Positions 27,650-39,629 of a stretch of DNA of 64,000 nt are shown in pieces. The position numbers and the translations under genes were made by a program. This stretch comes from Candidatus Latescibacterota bacterium (GTDB taxonomy: Bacteria; Latescibacterota; UBA2968; UBA8231), in NCBI GenBank assembly GCA_963422735.1, contig OY730476.1, positions 416,001 through 480,000 on the forward strand. Reading direction: 5' to 3'. Position 1 is the stretch's first letter, and each line of letters starts with the position of its first letter. The notes below the pieces were generated by a model. That model was not told the origin of the DNA and did no database searches. It saw only the letters and a list, made by a program, of their open reading frames with translations.

Positions 27650-28150
27650 ATGCATCCCCAATGCTCGCGTGACCGCATCACCGTCGCAAACGTGGGATTA
27701 CCGTCCTCCGACAAAGCCTTGTAAAGCCCTTTGCGGCTCGACTCATGTTCCCCGCCCGGGCGATGTCGTTTAGGGCAGCGCAAATAAGACTCCCGTCGCC
27801 CGGATCTTCCTCGGCGCATGCTTCTAGGTAAAGGCGTGCGTCTTCTTGGGTGTGTAGGTGCTCCGTGACATCCCATTTCGCGAACGATTCGTTCATGTCT
27901 GCCTCCAGTCCTTCGCCAGCTGTCCGGCGCGTTCGATGTCGCGCTGCTGACTGCCCTTGTCTCCTCCGCAGAGTACAATGACCGCCGCTGCCTCGCGCAG
28001 GCAGTAGAGGCCGCGATGCACGCGAAGCTCAAACAGCCCACCGCCGAGCGGCTTGTTGTCCCCGGCATTGCCCAGCGAGACGTTTCGCAAACGCGCTTCG
28101 GTCGCGCAAGCCGCGAATCCAGTGCCGAAACGCAGTGCTTTCTATCCCCT
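27650..28150 (-). pseudogene. Decayed addiction module (RelE/Gp49-like killer plus HTH antidote)
   Basis: GNAGDNKPLGGGLFELRVH...LCGGDKGSQQRDIERA (truncated toxin). Antidote WDVTEHL...AALNDIARAG is frameshifted before GLYKALSEDGNPTFATVM. Confidence 0.8.
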
Positions 28151-28232
28151 CGATTTATCAAGCGCATCCTGAAATGGTATGGTGGGGCGGAAATCGTAAA
28201 CCGGGGTGTTCGCGGCATGACCGCCCCGCTGT

Positions 28233-29078
28233 TCAGACGATTCCCCACCTCACTCGTCCCAACTCGCGCGACCGCTCCCGCTCGTATGCTGAATCGATGT
28301 CGAATTCGCGATCTAGCCACAACACCTCTCGCTGCTCGGGACTCAGCGCATTGAGCAGTTCAGACGTCAGGTAGTCCCCCCACGTAAAGCGATGGTTGTC
28401 GATCGCGTGCGGATGGAACAGCCAGTGGCTCATATACCGGCAGACACTAGTGCGGTTGAGCCACGTTGAGTGAAACAGCTTTGCATGGCGTACGATTAGC
28501 TGGTGGGGTTCGACCTCCAGTGAAATCTCGTTGTCGAGTGCGACGTCTTCCCAGCCGTCATCGGCCTGTGAACCGACAGTTCCTCGTTCCTTCCTGAGTT
28601 GCGCGACCGTCTCCTCAAGGGAGCTAGGCGGCCCAGTGTGACTGCCTAAAACAATACGCAAACACCCGTTCTCGTGCGAAGCTCCGGAGAAATAGTGCAT
28701 GAACTCCGCCCACCCCGGGCCCCCGTCGATGTGCCACCCTACCGATCGGTTGGGGGCCTGCTCGTTGATGCCACCATTGCGCAGATAGATATCGCTGTCC
28801 GCGGTCAGTTGGCGGGCGAGCTCGATGATTTCGGGGTGCAGGATGATGTTCATGAACGGCAGAGAGTGATCGAGGGAACACCAGTACGAGTCTTCTAGTT
28901 GCGGTCGCAATCGAAAGTGATTTCTCTTGCTGCCGTCTGCCGGCCCCTCAGTTGGATCTTGGGCCGCCTTTTCGACCGCTGCTATGCACGCCTCGGTGAG
29001 TCTCTCGGGGAACGGACAGTCGATTATGACGTAGCCATAAGTGCGATACTGCTCTAATTGTTCCTCGCTGAATTTCAT
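28233..29078 (-). CDS. Phytanoyl-CoA dioxygenase (PhyH) family protein
   Basis: EQYRTYGY, WHID, ENGCLRIV.GSH, LFHS. Confidence 0.8.
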   Translation of the reverse strand: MKFSEEQLEQYRTYGYVIIDCPFPERLTEACIAAVEKAAQDPTEGPADGSKRNHFRLRPQLEDSYWCSLDHSLPFMNIILHPEIIELARQLTADSDIYLRNGGINEQAPNRSVGWHIDGGPGWAEFMHYFSGASHENGCLRIVLGSHTGPPSSLEETVAQLRKERGTVGSQADDGWEDVALDNEISLEVEPHQLIVRHAKLFHSTWLNRTSVCRYMSHWLFHPHAIDNHRFTWGDYLTSELLNALSPEQREVLWLDREFDIDSAYERERSRELGRVRWGIV

Positions 29079-29117
29079 TCTCTTTTCCTTTTGCGGTATG
29101 CCGTCCATGTCCTTGCT

Positions 29118-29345
29118 TCACAGCGTATAGGAGTGCCCGTATGCACCCCAAAGCATAGGATGGCACGTGGTGCCTTCTCTTAGATAGGGCACGTGGCCTT
29201 CCACGATCGGAGCGTCAACACCGACTTCGTGGAATGCTTTCATGGCCTCCGTCATGTCGAGGTGGCCTTCGCCGATGAACGTTTCCGAAAACTTTGGCAC
29301 TGGGCCCGTTACGCTCCTGAAGTGGATGTGGAAGAGACCACTACC
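29118..29345 (-). pseudogene. Mannonate dehydratase (UxuA) C-terminal remnant
   Basis: HIHFRSVTGPVPKFSETFIGEGHLDMTEAMKAFHEVGVDAPIVEGHVP; no N-terminus. Confidence 0.7.
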
Positions 29346-29381
29346 TTGTTTGCGAGTTGCACGCGCCCTCTCCCGCGTCGC

Positions 29382-31007
<1,626 letters not shown>

Positions 31008-31023
31008 TGGGCTCCTTAGTTAG

Positions 31024-31242
31024 TTAGGGGTCAATAGTGCGGTGCTTGATCTGTCCCCAGCTTTTGGCTTTGACGGCTGTTGACAGCGGCGAGGGCAGGT
31101 CAAAGTAATTTAGCGGCGAGCGATAGAGCGCACCGTTGCGTTCGCCGATGGCGGAGATGGCCCAGTTGGTTAGTACTGAATCGAGGGGGGAGATAGCGAT
31201 AGTGCCCTTCTCAGCGTTTGATATCGCGTCGGCTTTTACCAT
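31024..31242 (-). pseudogene. C-terminal remnant of a secreted protein ending in TAV...SWGQIK
   Basis: ...LSTAVKAKSWGQIKHRTIDP*; no signal peptide or catalytic part remains. Confidence 0.4.
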
Positions 31243-31367
31243 CGCCCAAGGAACAAATTCGCTAGCCTGCTTTTGGATGCGGTTCAATGTAAGGAATATA
31301 TCACAAATTCCCGCTTCTAGCGCACTTGGACAAACAGGCGTTTCTCGATCGTCGAAAACGCGGTTCC

Positions 31368-32525
31368 TCAGACCGCGACTCCTTCGAGCCACTGCAAATC
31401 CGCCTCAATGCCAAAGCCGGGCGCGTCGCTGGGCACGAGGTAGCCGTCTTGGATGGCTGGCGTGCCGGGCAAGAGGGTCATTTCGCAGAGCGGCACCCCG
31501 GGCGGCGACACGCTTTCCGAGCGCTCGCCCCAGGCAATGGCGGGCATGGCGAAAGAAAGGTGCTGGCCGTAGGGATAGTTCATGCCGCCGTGGGCGATGA
31601 CCGAGACGCCGGCAGCCTCGGCAAGGTGGCAGATTTTGACCCCGGCCGTTATGCCCCCGACCCACAGTACGTCTGGTTGCAGGATATCGACGAAGCGACC
31701 GTTGAGTGCTTGGGCAAAGGTGCGCGGCAAGTACCAGTGTTCCCCCGAGGCGAGGGTCTGCCAAGGGAGCCGCTGGCGCACTTGGGCGTAGCCAGCCCAA
31801 TCGTCGGCGGGTAGGTAGTCTTCAATCCACTTCAGGCGGTAGGGACGGAGCATCTCGGCGAGGCGGACGAGGTGCTCCACGTCCTGCGACAGCCAGCAGT
31901 CGAGGCACAGCTCGATGTCGTCGCCGATGAGCTGGCGCGTGGTGGCCACGAGTTCCTCGATTTTCTTGAGGCCGTCGAGGCCGTCGGCCGCGCCCCACGG
32001 GGTGAAGAGCTTGGTCGCCTTAAACCCCAGTTCCATGTACCACGCCTGTTCAAATCCGGAAGCATAGCAGAAAATTTTGTCCTTTTGCGGGCCGCCGAGC
32101 AATTCGTACACAGGTTTTTGCAGCAGCTTGCCCTTGAGGTCCCACAGCGCGGTATCCACGGCGCTGATGGCGTAGCTGGCCAGCCCCTGGCCGCCGTAGG
32201 ACGCGGTGGAGCGCAGCATGACGTCCCACAGCTTTTCCGTGGCCATGCAGTTTTCGCCGGTGAGCAATGAGGCGAAGTGATCGTTGATGATGGGCAGCAC
32301 GGGAGGCGAGTGAACGGTCAGCCCGAGGCCCCAAGTGCCGTCCTCGGCCGCGACCACGCAGGCGATGCGTTGCCATTCTGGGGAGCCGGTGCGGCCGGCG
32401 CGGAAGCGGGCATAGCGGTCGAGCGGACGGTGCAGGGCGTGGCCGGGCCGTTGGCTGGGGCGTGGGGTCGTTTTCTGAGGGGGCGTAAGCGCGATTTGCG
32501 CGGCGCGGATTTCCTTGATTTTCAT
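31368..32525 (-). CDS. Mandelate racemase/enolase-family acid-sugar dehydratase (RhmD-like)
   Basis: Start ATG 32525 (MKIKEIRA); AISAVDTALWDLKGK, KATK, LDCW, WIED, GEH, LQPD. Confidence 0.85.
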   Translation of the reverse strand: MKIKEIRAAQIALTPPQKTTPRPSQRPGHALHRPLDRYARFRAGRTGSPEWQRIACVVAAEDGTWGLGLTVHSPPVLPIINDHFASLLTGENCMATEKLWDVMLRSTASYGGQGLASYAISAVDTALWDLKGKLLQKPVYELLGGPQKDKIFCYASGFEQAWYMELGFKATKLFTPWGAADGLDGLKKIEELVATTRQLIGDDIELCLDCWLSQDVEHLVRLAEMLRPYRLKWIEDYLPADDWAGYAQVRQRLPWQTLASGEHWYLPRTFAQALNGRFVDILQPDVLWVGGITAGVKICHLAEAAGVSVIAHGGMNYPYGQHLSFAMPAIAWGERSESVSPPGVPLCEMTLLPGTPAIQDGYLVPSDAPGFGIEADLQWLEGVAV

Positions 32526-32536
32526 GGGAGCCTGCC

Positions 32537-33811
32537 TTAGTCGAGCTGGGAAAAGCGGTTGGGCGTGAAGAGAGTTTGTAGGGTTTGGGCGATGCCGGCG
32601 CGGGTTACATGGCGGCCAGCGTCGTGCAGGTCTTGGTATTTTTCGCTTAGGACTTTGGCGAGGATTTCGCGGAAACGCTGCCACTTGGGGATGAGGTTTT
32701 CCAGTACGCGGGCGTCCGAGTTGAAGGGGATGAAGCGGTCGCCAGTCATTTCGAGGCGCATCCGCAGGTCCTGTTCGACCAAGCCCGGATGGTAATTGAA
32801 CCACCAGTGGCCAATGACCATGATGTTGTCGTTGTGGCAGGAGAGGACGCTGGCGTCGTACTGGTTGGCATTGTGGAGCGGAGTGATGAAGAAGGCGTTG
32901 TCGGGATGGCGGCGCACCAACTGCTGATAGGGATACATGTCGGCCAGCCCCACGCCGTCGCCAGCGTCGCGCCAAGCGGGTTTGAGCTGGCGGATGGGGC
33001 CGGGCATCATAAAGAAAGGCAGCTTAAACTCGCGCAGGGCCGGCAGCACCGCGTGGTGTAGCACCGCACCCTCCAGCCCGCTGAGGTCGTGGACTTGGCA
33101 GTGGGGGGGGAACGAGCACGCGCCGTACGCGACGCCGTGTAGCTTGTCGTACCAGTCGGCGAGGAAGCGGCGGATCGCATGGGCTGTGGCGGGTTGGCTG
33201 GGGTCGCTGCCAACCTCGTAGCCCCAAGCGTTGAGCTGCACCGCCGCGCGTGGGTAGTGCAAGACGAGTTCGTCGAGGCGATAGCCGGACAAATAGCACT
33301 CGTCCCACTCGCCGCTTTTGTAGTACGCGCGTTCTCGATCGTTGAATACGTCTTGGGTGCCGACGATGCGGCGCACGCCGGCCAGCTCCATGCAGCGGTG
33401 CTGGATTTCTGCTGGGTCCGTGTCGGCGTAGAATTGGCGCGCCTCGCCGAGGGTAGCGGCATTGGGATCGAGGCCGAGGGCTTCTAGCGCTACGACCACG
33501 CCGCGACAGCCTTCGTCGAATGAATCGGAGGCAGCGTCGGCAAAAAGTTTTTGCCAAGTGAAGTCGCCTTGTTTTTCTAGGCTCCAAGAGTAGAAAGTGG
33601 CCGGGTCAATGTGGCTTGCGGCAAAGAGCTTGCGGCGGACATAGTGATAGGTAAGCTGCTGGTCAATGCCGTACAGGCAGAGCTGAGGGCCGGCTTGGGG
33701 GCCGAGGAGATGGGTGTGCCAGTCGTCGACGATCAGCCGTTGGGCTGAGGTTTCTTCGGCGACTACGGCGGAAATTTGGTCGCGGGATAGGGGTAAGGTA
33801 GAGCTGCTCAT
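32537..33811 (-). CDS. uxaC: Uronate (glucuronate) isomerase, amidohydrolase family
   Basis: DWHTHL, LTYHY, GHWWFN, NSDARVLE. Confidence 0.75.
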   Translation of the reverse strand: MSSSTLPLSRDQISAVVAEETSAQRLIVDDWHTHLLGPQAGPQLCLYGIDQQLTYHYVRRKLFAASHIDPATFYSWSLEKQGDFTWQKLFADAASDSFDEGCRGVVVALEALGLDPNAATLGEARQFYADTDPAEIQHRCMELAGVRRIVGTQDVFNDRERAYYKSGEWDECYLSGYRLDELVLHYPRAAVQLNAWGYEVGSDPSQPATAHAIRRFLADWYDKLHGVAYGACSFPPHCQVHDLSGLEGAVLHHAVLPALREFKLPFFMMPGPIRQLKPAWRDAGDGVGLADMYPYQQLVRRHPDNAFFITPLHNANQYDASVLSCHNDNIMVIGHWWFNYHPGLVEQDLRMRLEMTGDRFIPFNSDARVLENLIPKWQRFREILAKVLSEKYQDLHDAGRHVTRAGIAQTLQTLFTPNRFSQLD

Positions 33812-33934
33812 GGCGGAGGCTCCTGCCAGGGTAAGGGGCATAACAGTAGGCTAAGAGCAACGGGGCGTCAAAGGGCAAAGGCCCCTCCGAATCTCGGGCC
33901 ATGCGGTAGAGCTGCTTGAGCAAGGCATCGCTGA

Positions 33935-33962
33935 GTTAGTGGTTAGTGGTTAGTGGTTAGTG
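33935..33962. repeat. Heptamer tandem repeat (GTTAGTG)x4
   Basis: Direct reading. Confidence 0.9.
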
Positions 33963-34252
33963 GTCCGTCCCATCCGCCCCCTTGGCGACGGGCCCCGGAA
34001 CATTGACGCGGGGGACCGCGCTGGTCCGGACGAGGGCTACGGGCCAGCCGAGTGATACCGCCTACATGAAACCTGAATCCCCAACCGTACACTAGGAAAT
34101 TCCGACCTGCTTAAATTGCTCAATGGAATTGGCCCGCGCCTGTTCGACGAGACGGGCGTTTTGTGCCATATCGCCCGATGTTTGGTCGAACAGTAGTTTA
34201 TCTTTTTCCGTCCAATTGGTGCCAAGGTGCTCGTTGATGACGTCGATTCTTC

Positions 34253-34474
34253 TTACTTGAGCAAGTTAAGCACTTTTGTCTGTGCAGATTCCGCAACCGA
34301 ATCCCGAATGAAGTCACTAGCTCTGAGGATTTCAATGCCAATGAATTCGCCCTTATCATTGTATTCTGCTGTTATATTGGGACTAAGTTCAATACTGCCG
34401 TTTTCTGGATCGTCAGAGATCTCCAAGTATAAGATGTCTTCTTGTTCAAAGTATCTCATTTTTGCCCTATCCAT
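34253..34474 (-). CDS. DUF2283 domain protein (putative antitoxin)
   Basis: MRYFEQEDILYLEIS...GEFIGIEILRAS. Confidence 0.8.
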   Translation of the reverse strand: MDRAKMRYFEQEDILYLEISDDPENGSIELSPNITAEYNDKGEFIGIEILRASDFIRDSVAESAQTKVLNLLK

Positions 34475-34720
34475 GGATGAATCTCCCCGTTTTAATCCGA
34501 ACATTGATTTACTGTCGTGTTGTGACATGGGTAGTCATAGGTGTTATAACGTCCTCGTCCGATTCGTAGGGAATTAAGACCAACTTGCTAGCGCAGAGTC
34601 CAACAGCAATACCACGGCCAGTGACCACATCGCGATATCGCTCGGAAGTATGTCTTACTTATGTTCTCAATGCTGGACAGGTCAAATCCGCGTAAAGAGG
34701 CTTTGCCCGTCCAAGCAACT
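34467..34720 (-). pseudogene. Disrupted partner gene of DUF2283 (putative toxin)
   Basis: RASLRGFDLSSIENI (frameshift) SERYRDVVTGRGIAVG...IPYE..ITPMTTHVTTRQ*INVRIKTGRF; in-frame TAA at 34509-34511. Confidence 0.55.
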
Positions 34721-34822
34721 CTCATTGATACCTTTAGGCATCCTTTCCAAGCGTATTGAATGCTGCGGTTTGGCTTTGGATAGGTTAGCTACGGTACTCC
34801 TCAAATGTTTGTTTTCATTTTG

Positions 34823-37546
34823 TCAGATATAGCTTTCGGCCAGTGCCTCGACGCGCACCGGGCAAACCTTGAGCTCGGCGGTATCGGTGACAGGATCATA
34901 CCCGGAGCCGGTGAGGATGTTGATCGGTACGTCGTTGAAGCTGAAGCTGGCAAAGACCGTACCGCGCGGCGAGCGGGGAGTGGCTTGGAGGCGGATTTCG
35001 ATGGCACCGCGCGCGCTGGACAAGCGACACAAGCCCCCGTCTTCAAGGCCCCAAGCGACGATGTCTTCGGGGTGGACTTCGAGACGCTCTTCGGCGAGCA
35101 GGTAGTCGATGCCTTGGGAGCGGCCGGTCTGGGTGCGAGTGTGGTACGATTGAAGGCGGCGGCCGGTCGTCAGCCACACCGGGAACTCGGTCGAAAGGGT
35201 CTCGGCAGGGTCGCGGTAGCGGATGACTTTGAAAAGGCCGCGGCCGTTTCTGAATGCGCCTTGGTGCAAAATGGGCGTACCCGGATGCCCCTTTTCCGGG
35301 ACGGGCCAGTGGTACTCGCCGCCGTCGATCCGCTTCCAGTCGAGGCCAGCGTAGATGGGCGAGAGGCCGCATAGTTCGTTGAAAACTTCTGCTGCTGAAT
35401 GGTAGTCGAAGCCGCTAAAGCCGAGCCGCTGAGCGAGCTGACTTATGATCCACCAGTCGGGTTTGGCCTCGCCGGGCGGGGGCACAGCGCGGCGCAGGCG
35501 TTGGACCCGACGCTCGGTGTTGGTGCAGGTCCCGTCAGTCTCGGCAAACGCGCTGGCCGGGAAGACCACGTCGGCTAGCGCAGCGGTCTCTGTGAGGAAG
35601 ATGTCGATGACCACGAGGTGGCCGAGGCTCTTGAGCGCGTGCTCACAGTGCTGGCGATCCGGATCCGAGACGACGGTGTTTTCGCCGTCGATAATCATGG
35701 CAAAAATTTCGCTGCCGCAGCGGTTGAGGGCTTGGACTTTGGTGATGCCTTTGTCTGGGTCCATCTCTCGCCCGTAGAGCGCGGTGAATTTCTCTTGGTA
35801 TTCGGGCTGATCTACGGGTTGGAAACCCGGGTAGTTGGAAGGGGTGGCCCCAGAGTCGCCTGCGCCTTGGATGTTGTTCTGCCCGCGCATGGGATTGATA
35901 CCGGTGCCCTCGCGGCCGACATTGCCGGTCAGTAGGGCGAGATTGCACAGGCTCTGGACGTTGTCAACGCCGCAGATGTGCTCGGTGATGCCGAGGGTGT
36001 AGTAGATGGCGGCCTTGTCGGCAGAACCGTACCAACGGGCGGCTTGCTCAATGTCGGCCGCGGGTACCTCGGTGATGGTCGAAGCCCACTCGGGCGTGAA
36101 TCCGACGATGTGCTCTAGGAACTGCTCAAAGTCGGCTGTGCGCTCTTCCATAAAGGCGCGATCTAGCAGGTCGTCGCGGACGATCACGTGCGCCATAGCC
36201 AACAGCAAGGCCACATCCGAGCCGACTCGGATGGGCAGATACAGGTCGGCCATCTCCGCGAGGTCGATCTTGCGCGGGTCGGCGACGATCATCTTGGCTC
36301 CCCGCTTGAGGGCCTTTTTGATCCGCGTCGCCGCCACTGGATGGCACTCGGTCATGTTGGTCCCGATGCAGAAGATCAGGTCCGGTTTGTCCATGTCGGC
36401 CAAGGGGTTCGACATGGCACCGCGTCCGATGGTGGCTGCCAGACCGACAACCGTGGGTGCGTGTCAGGCACGGCTACAGTTGTCTATGTAGTGCGTGCCG
36501 TAGCCTCTGCGGATGAACTTCTGCATGCAGTAGTTGGCCTCTGAAGGCGTCCGGCCAGAGGCGATGCCGTAGATGGCGTGGCGACCGTGCTCGGCGAGTG
36601 CCTTGGCAAAACCTTGGGCGGCGCGGTCGAGCGCAGTGTCCCAGTCGGTGGGGTGGAGCTGGCCATCCTCGCCGCGGATTAGGGGCCTTGTGAGCCGGTC
36701 GCGGTGCTGGACGAAGTCAAAGGCAAACTGGCCCTTGACGCACAGGGCACCCTCGTTGGCCGGGCCGTCCATCGCCGGTTGGATACCGACGAGTTTATCC
36801 CTTTTAGACAGCAGATCTACCGAGCAGCCCACGCCGCAGTACGGGCAGACCGAGCGGGTCTTTTCGATCGCGCCGGGTAGGTCTGCAGCGCGCAGGGCCT
36901 TTTTGTCGGCTAGGGCACCGGTGGGGCAGGTCTGGACGCATTGGCCGCAAAAGGTGCAGGCCGAGTCCTTGAGCAAGCCGTCGAACTCCACGGTGATCTG
37001 CTTGTGAAAGCCGCGGCCCATGGCGGCAATGGCGTGGTCGCCTTCCTGCTCGGCGCAGACGCGGACGCAGCGGTTGCACGAGATGCACAAGTCGTAGTCG
37101 CGCAAGATGAAGGGATTGTCGTCGGTAGGATGCGCTTGGCCCGATTGTGCGCCCGCGAAGCGGCCGGAGCGGGCTTGGTAGCGATTGACGAGGTCGGTCA
37201 GCTCTTGGGAAGCGTACCCGCGCAGGGGATCCACCTCGACTTCGCGGTTTTCCGAGACGACCATTTCCAGCAGCGTCTTGCGATGCTTTTCGAGGGCAGC
37301 GGTTGCCGTTTTGACGACCATGCCGGGCGCAGCTTGGGCCGTGCAGGAGGCGACTGGATTGCGCGCTCCTTCGATTTCGACCACGCAAAGCCGACAGGCC
37401 CCAAAAGGTTCTAGACGCGGGTCGTAGCAGAGGGTGGGAATGTCGCGGCGATGGCGTTGGGCGACCTCGTAGAGAGTCTCGCCGGGAGCAAAGGATGCCT
37501 CTTCGCCGTCTAAGGTTAGGGTGTGCTGTTTTTCATTGGTATTCAC
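34823..37546 (-). CDS. fdhF: Selenocysteine-containing formate dehydrogenase alpha subunit (FdhF/FdsA-like, ~907 aa)
   Basis: The two track ORFs are in frame across one TGA (36464-36466): IDNCSRA-U-HAPTVVGL. N-terminal Fe-S motifs (CRLC, CISCNRC, CTFCGQC, CPYCGVGC); molybdopterin motifs (RGQNNIQG, TNTERR). Confidence 0.92.
36434..36466 (-). promoter_or_regulatory. Bacterial SECIS element following the Sec UGA
   Basis: UGA CAC GCA CCC AC-GGTTGTC-GGTCT-GGCAGCC hairpin 11 nt after UGA, similar in position and loop to the E. coli fdhF SECIS. Confidence 0.85.
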
Positions 37547-37559
37547 GATAAAGCCCTAT

Positions 37560-39227
37560 TCAGGCGCAGATGCGTTGTGCCACTTGGTCGGGAAAGTACT
37601 TGAGGAGGCTATCGGTGATAAAGGGGGCGGCCATGCCGAGGCCGCAGGCGCTAGTGGCCTTCATGACGTCGCCGATGTCTGTTACTTCAGTGCGCCAAGT
37701 TCCTAGATCCATCGACCCTTCCCCGGCGAGTCGCTCGGTCAGCCGCTTTGTGCCGATGCGGCACGGGAAGCACTTGCCGCAGGACTCCTCGGCAAAAAAG
37801 GTCATCGCTTGGCGGGCGATGGCCACCATGTCGCGGCGGTCGTCAAAGGCCATGATGCCGCCCGCGCCGAGCATAGAGCCACGGGCGCGGATCGCCGGTT
37901 CGTCGAGGGTGACGTCGAGGTCGTCACCAGCGAGAAAGCCGCCCGATAGGCCGGCCATGGTAACTGCTTGGATTTGACGGCCCGGTTCCGGCCCGCCGGC
38001 CCACTCGTGGAGCAAAGTGTCGAGGGGCAGGCCGAAAGGGACTTCGTAGTTGCCCGGCCGCTGCACATCGCCCGAGAGGCTGATGACCTTAGTGCCCGGG
38101 CGGCCGTCGAGGCCCAACGAGCGATACCACGCCGCACCGCGCCGCGCGATCTGGGGGACTGAGGCCAAGGTTTCGACGTTGTTGACGGCTGTGGGCAAGT
38201 CTTCAAAACCGTGCGTCACCGGGAAGGGCGGACGGTTGCGCGGATAGGGGTGTTTGCCTTCGAGGCTGTTGAGCAAAGAGCCTTCCTCGCCGCAGATGTA
38301 CGCGCCAGCACCGCGGCGGATGTGGAGCGCACAGGAGAAGTCGCGGCCGAGGATGCGCGGGCCGATTAGGTCGGCGGCGCGGGCCTCGTCCAGTGCGTTG
38401 GCGAGGATGGCATGGATTTCTGGGTATTCGTAGCGCAGATAGATAAAGGCGCGGGTAGCGCCGGTGGCGTACGCGGCTAGGAGCATGCCCTCGATGACCG
38501 CGTGTGGGTCCCATTCGAGGAGTGCACGATCCTTAAAGCAGCCCGGTTCGCCCTCGTCGGCGTTGCAAACGACGGTTTTGGGTGCGCCCGGGGCCTCGGC
38601 AACGGCCTGCCACTTCTGGCCGGTGGGAAAGCCCGCGCCGCCCCGGCCGGCGAGCTGGCTGTCGGCAATGAGGGCCACCAGTTCGGTTGGCTTCCCGGCG
38701 AGGGCTTGTTGCAGTGCTTGGTACCCGCCGCTTTGGCGATAGCCGGACAGACTGGCGCGGCCCGGAGCGCGGATATCGGCAAAGACGCACTCCTCGTACC
38801 CGCCGGGATTGGACGCGGGCAGGGGCGAAGGGTCAGGCGTAAGGGACTCCGCGTCGGCCCCGACCAGCACTTGATGGCCTTTGATGACCGGAATGGGATC
38901 GTCGCAGCGGCCAGCGCATGGCATAGGCGCGGCGTCGGCGAGGCTGGCGCAGAGCGCGTCGGCTCCGCGCAGTGCGCATATCGGGCCGGTGCAGACGCGC
39001 GGGGCATTTTGACCGGGAGCTTGGCGGGCAAAGTGGTGGTAAAAGGTGACGGTGGCGAAAAGCTCGGCGAGAGGGATTTTCAGGCCCGTTGATACAGCCT
39101 TGAGAGCTTCTTCCGACAAGTAGCCATCGCGGTCGTGGAAGGCGTGTAGAAGCGGCAATAGGGGCGCGGTTTTGCGCTGCCCGTGTTCGACGAGCGCGGC
39201 GTCTGTAGGGGAGATCAAGCTAGGCAC
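37560..39227 (-). CDS. NAD(H)-binding diaphorase subunit (NuoE-NuoF fusion) of NAD-dependent FDH
   Basis: TFYHHF and VCTGPIC (NuoE-like); GRGGAGFP, NADEGEPG, YICGEE, NNVET, ESCGKCFPCR (NuoF). Confidence 0.9.
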   Translation of the reverse strand: MPSLISPTDAALVEHGQRKTAPLLPLLHAFHDRDGYLSEEALKAVSTGLKIPLAELFATVTFYHHFARQAPGQNAPRVCTGPICALRGADALCASLADAAPMPCAGRCDDPIPVIKGHQVLVGADAESLTPDPSPLPASNPGGYEECVFADIRAPGRASLSGYRQSGGYQALQQALAGKPTELVALIADSQLAGRGGAGFPTGQKWQAVAEAPGAPKTVVCNADEGEPGCFKDRALLEWDPHAVIEGMLLAAYATGATRAFIYLRYEYPEIHAILANALDEARAADLIGPRILGRDFSCALHIRRGAGAYICGEEGSLLNSLEGKHPYPRNRPPFPVTHGFEDLPTAVNNVETLASVPQIARRGAAWYRSLGLDGRPGTKVISLSGDVQRPGNYEVPFGLPLDTLLHEWAGGPEPGRQIQAVTMAGLSGGFLAGDDLDVTLDEPAIRARGSMLGAGGIMAFDDRRDMVAIARQAMTFFAEESCGKCFPCRIGTKRLTERLAGEGSMDLGTWRTEVTDIGDVMKATSACGLGMAAPFITDSLLKYFPDQVAQRICA

Positions 39228-39629
39228 CTTTTACATGGGTAGCCACCGGAAGGCGACTGAGTTGCATATATATTTAGTTAGATGAATAATTTAGGAGTCG
39301 CGCCAACAGAGGGCAACCGAGCACAGCAGCTGCGTTGAGGACCGTGCAAAGACTTGAGAATGTATGCCGGCCGCATCTTGCGGCTGGAGACATGTAGCGA
39401 CCCTACTCTTCTCACGGCAATACGAATCGCGTTCTTTGCGAAATGGGTGCGACTCGCAAAGTTCTTAGCCAAGCGGCTAGGCCGTGCATCCGCCCTGAAT
39501 GCCTTGAAAGGTCCGACGCGGTTCTATCGCAATCCTACATCATTCATAAGATAACCAGCAGACAGACGCAGAATAGTCTTCACCAGATGATCCGAATCTT
39601 GAATCGTTCAAGTCATTCAGGGTTGCTAT

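Noticed and set aside
32526-32975. N-terminal extension of the 535-aa track ORF (likewise 8364-8501, 2940-3074 and 50024-50191)
   Set aside because: The extensions overlap neighbouring real genes; better-supported internal starts exist (clear RBS at 2939; otherwise family-typical N-termini directly after the neighbouring gene).
36416-36466. FDH alpha as a split gene or pseudogene
   Set aside because: The TGA is at the catalytic Cys/Sec position, the frame is continuous and a SECIS follows.
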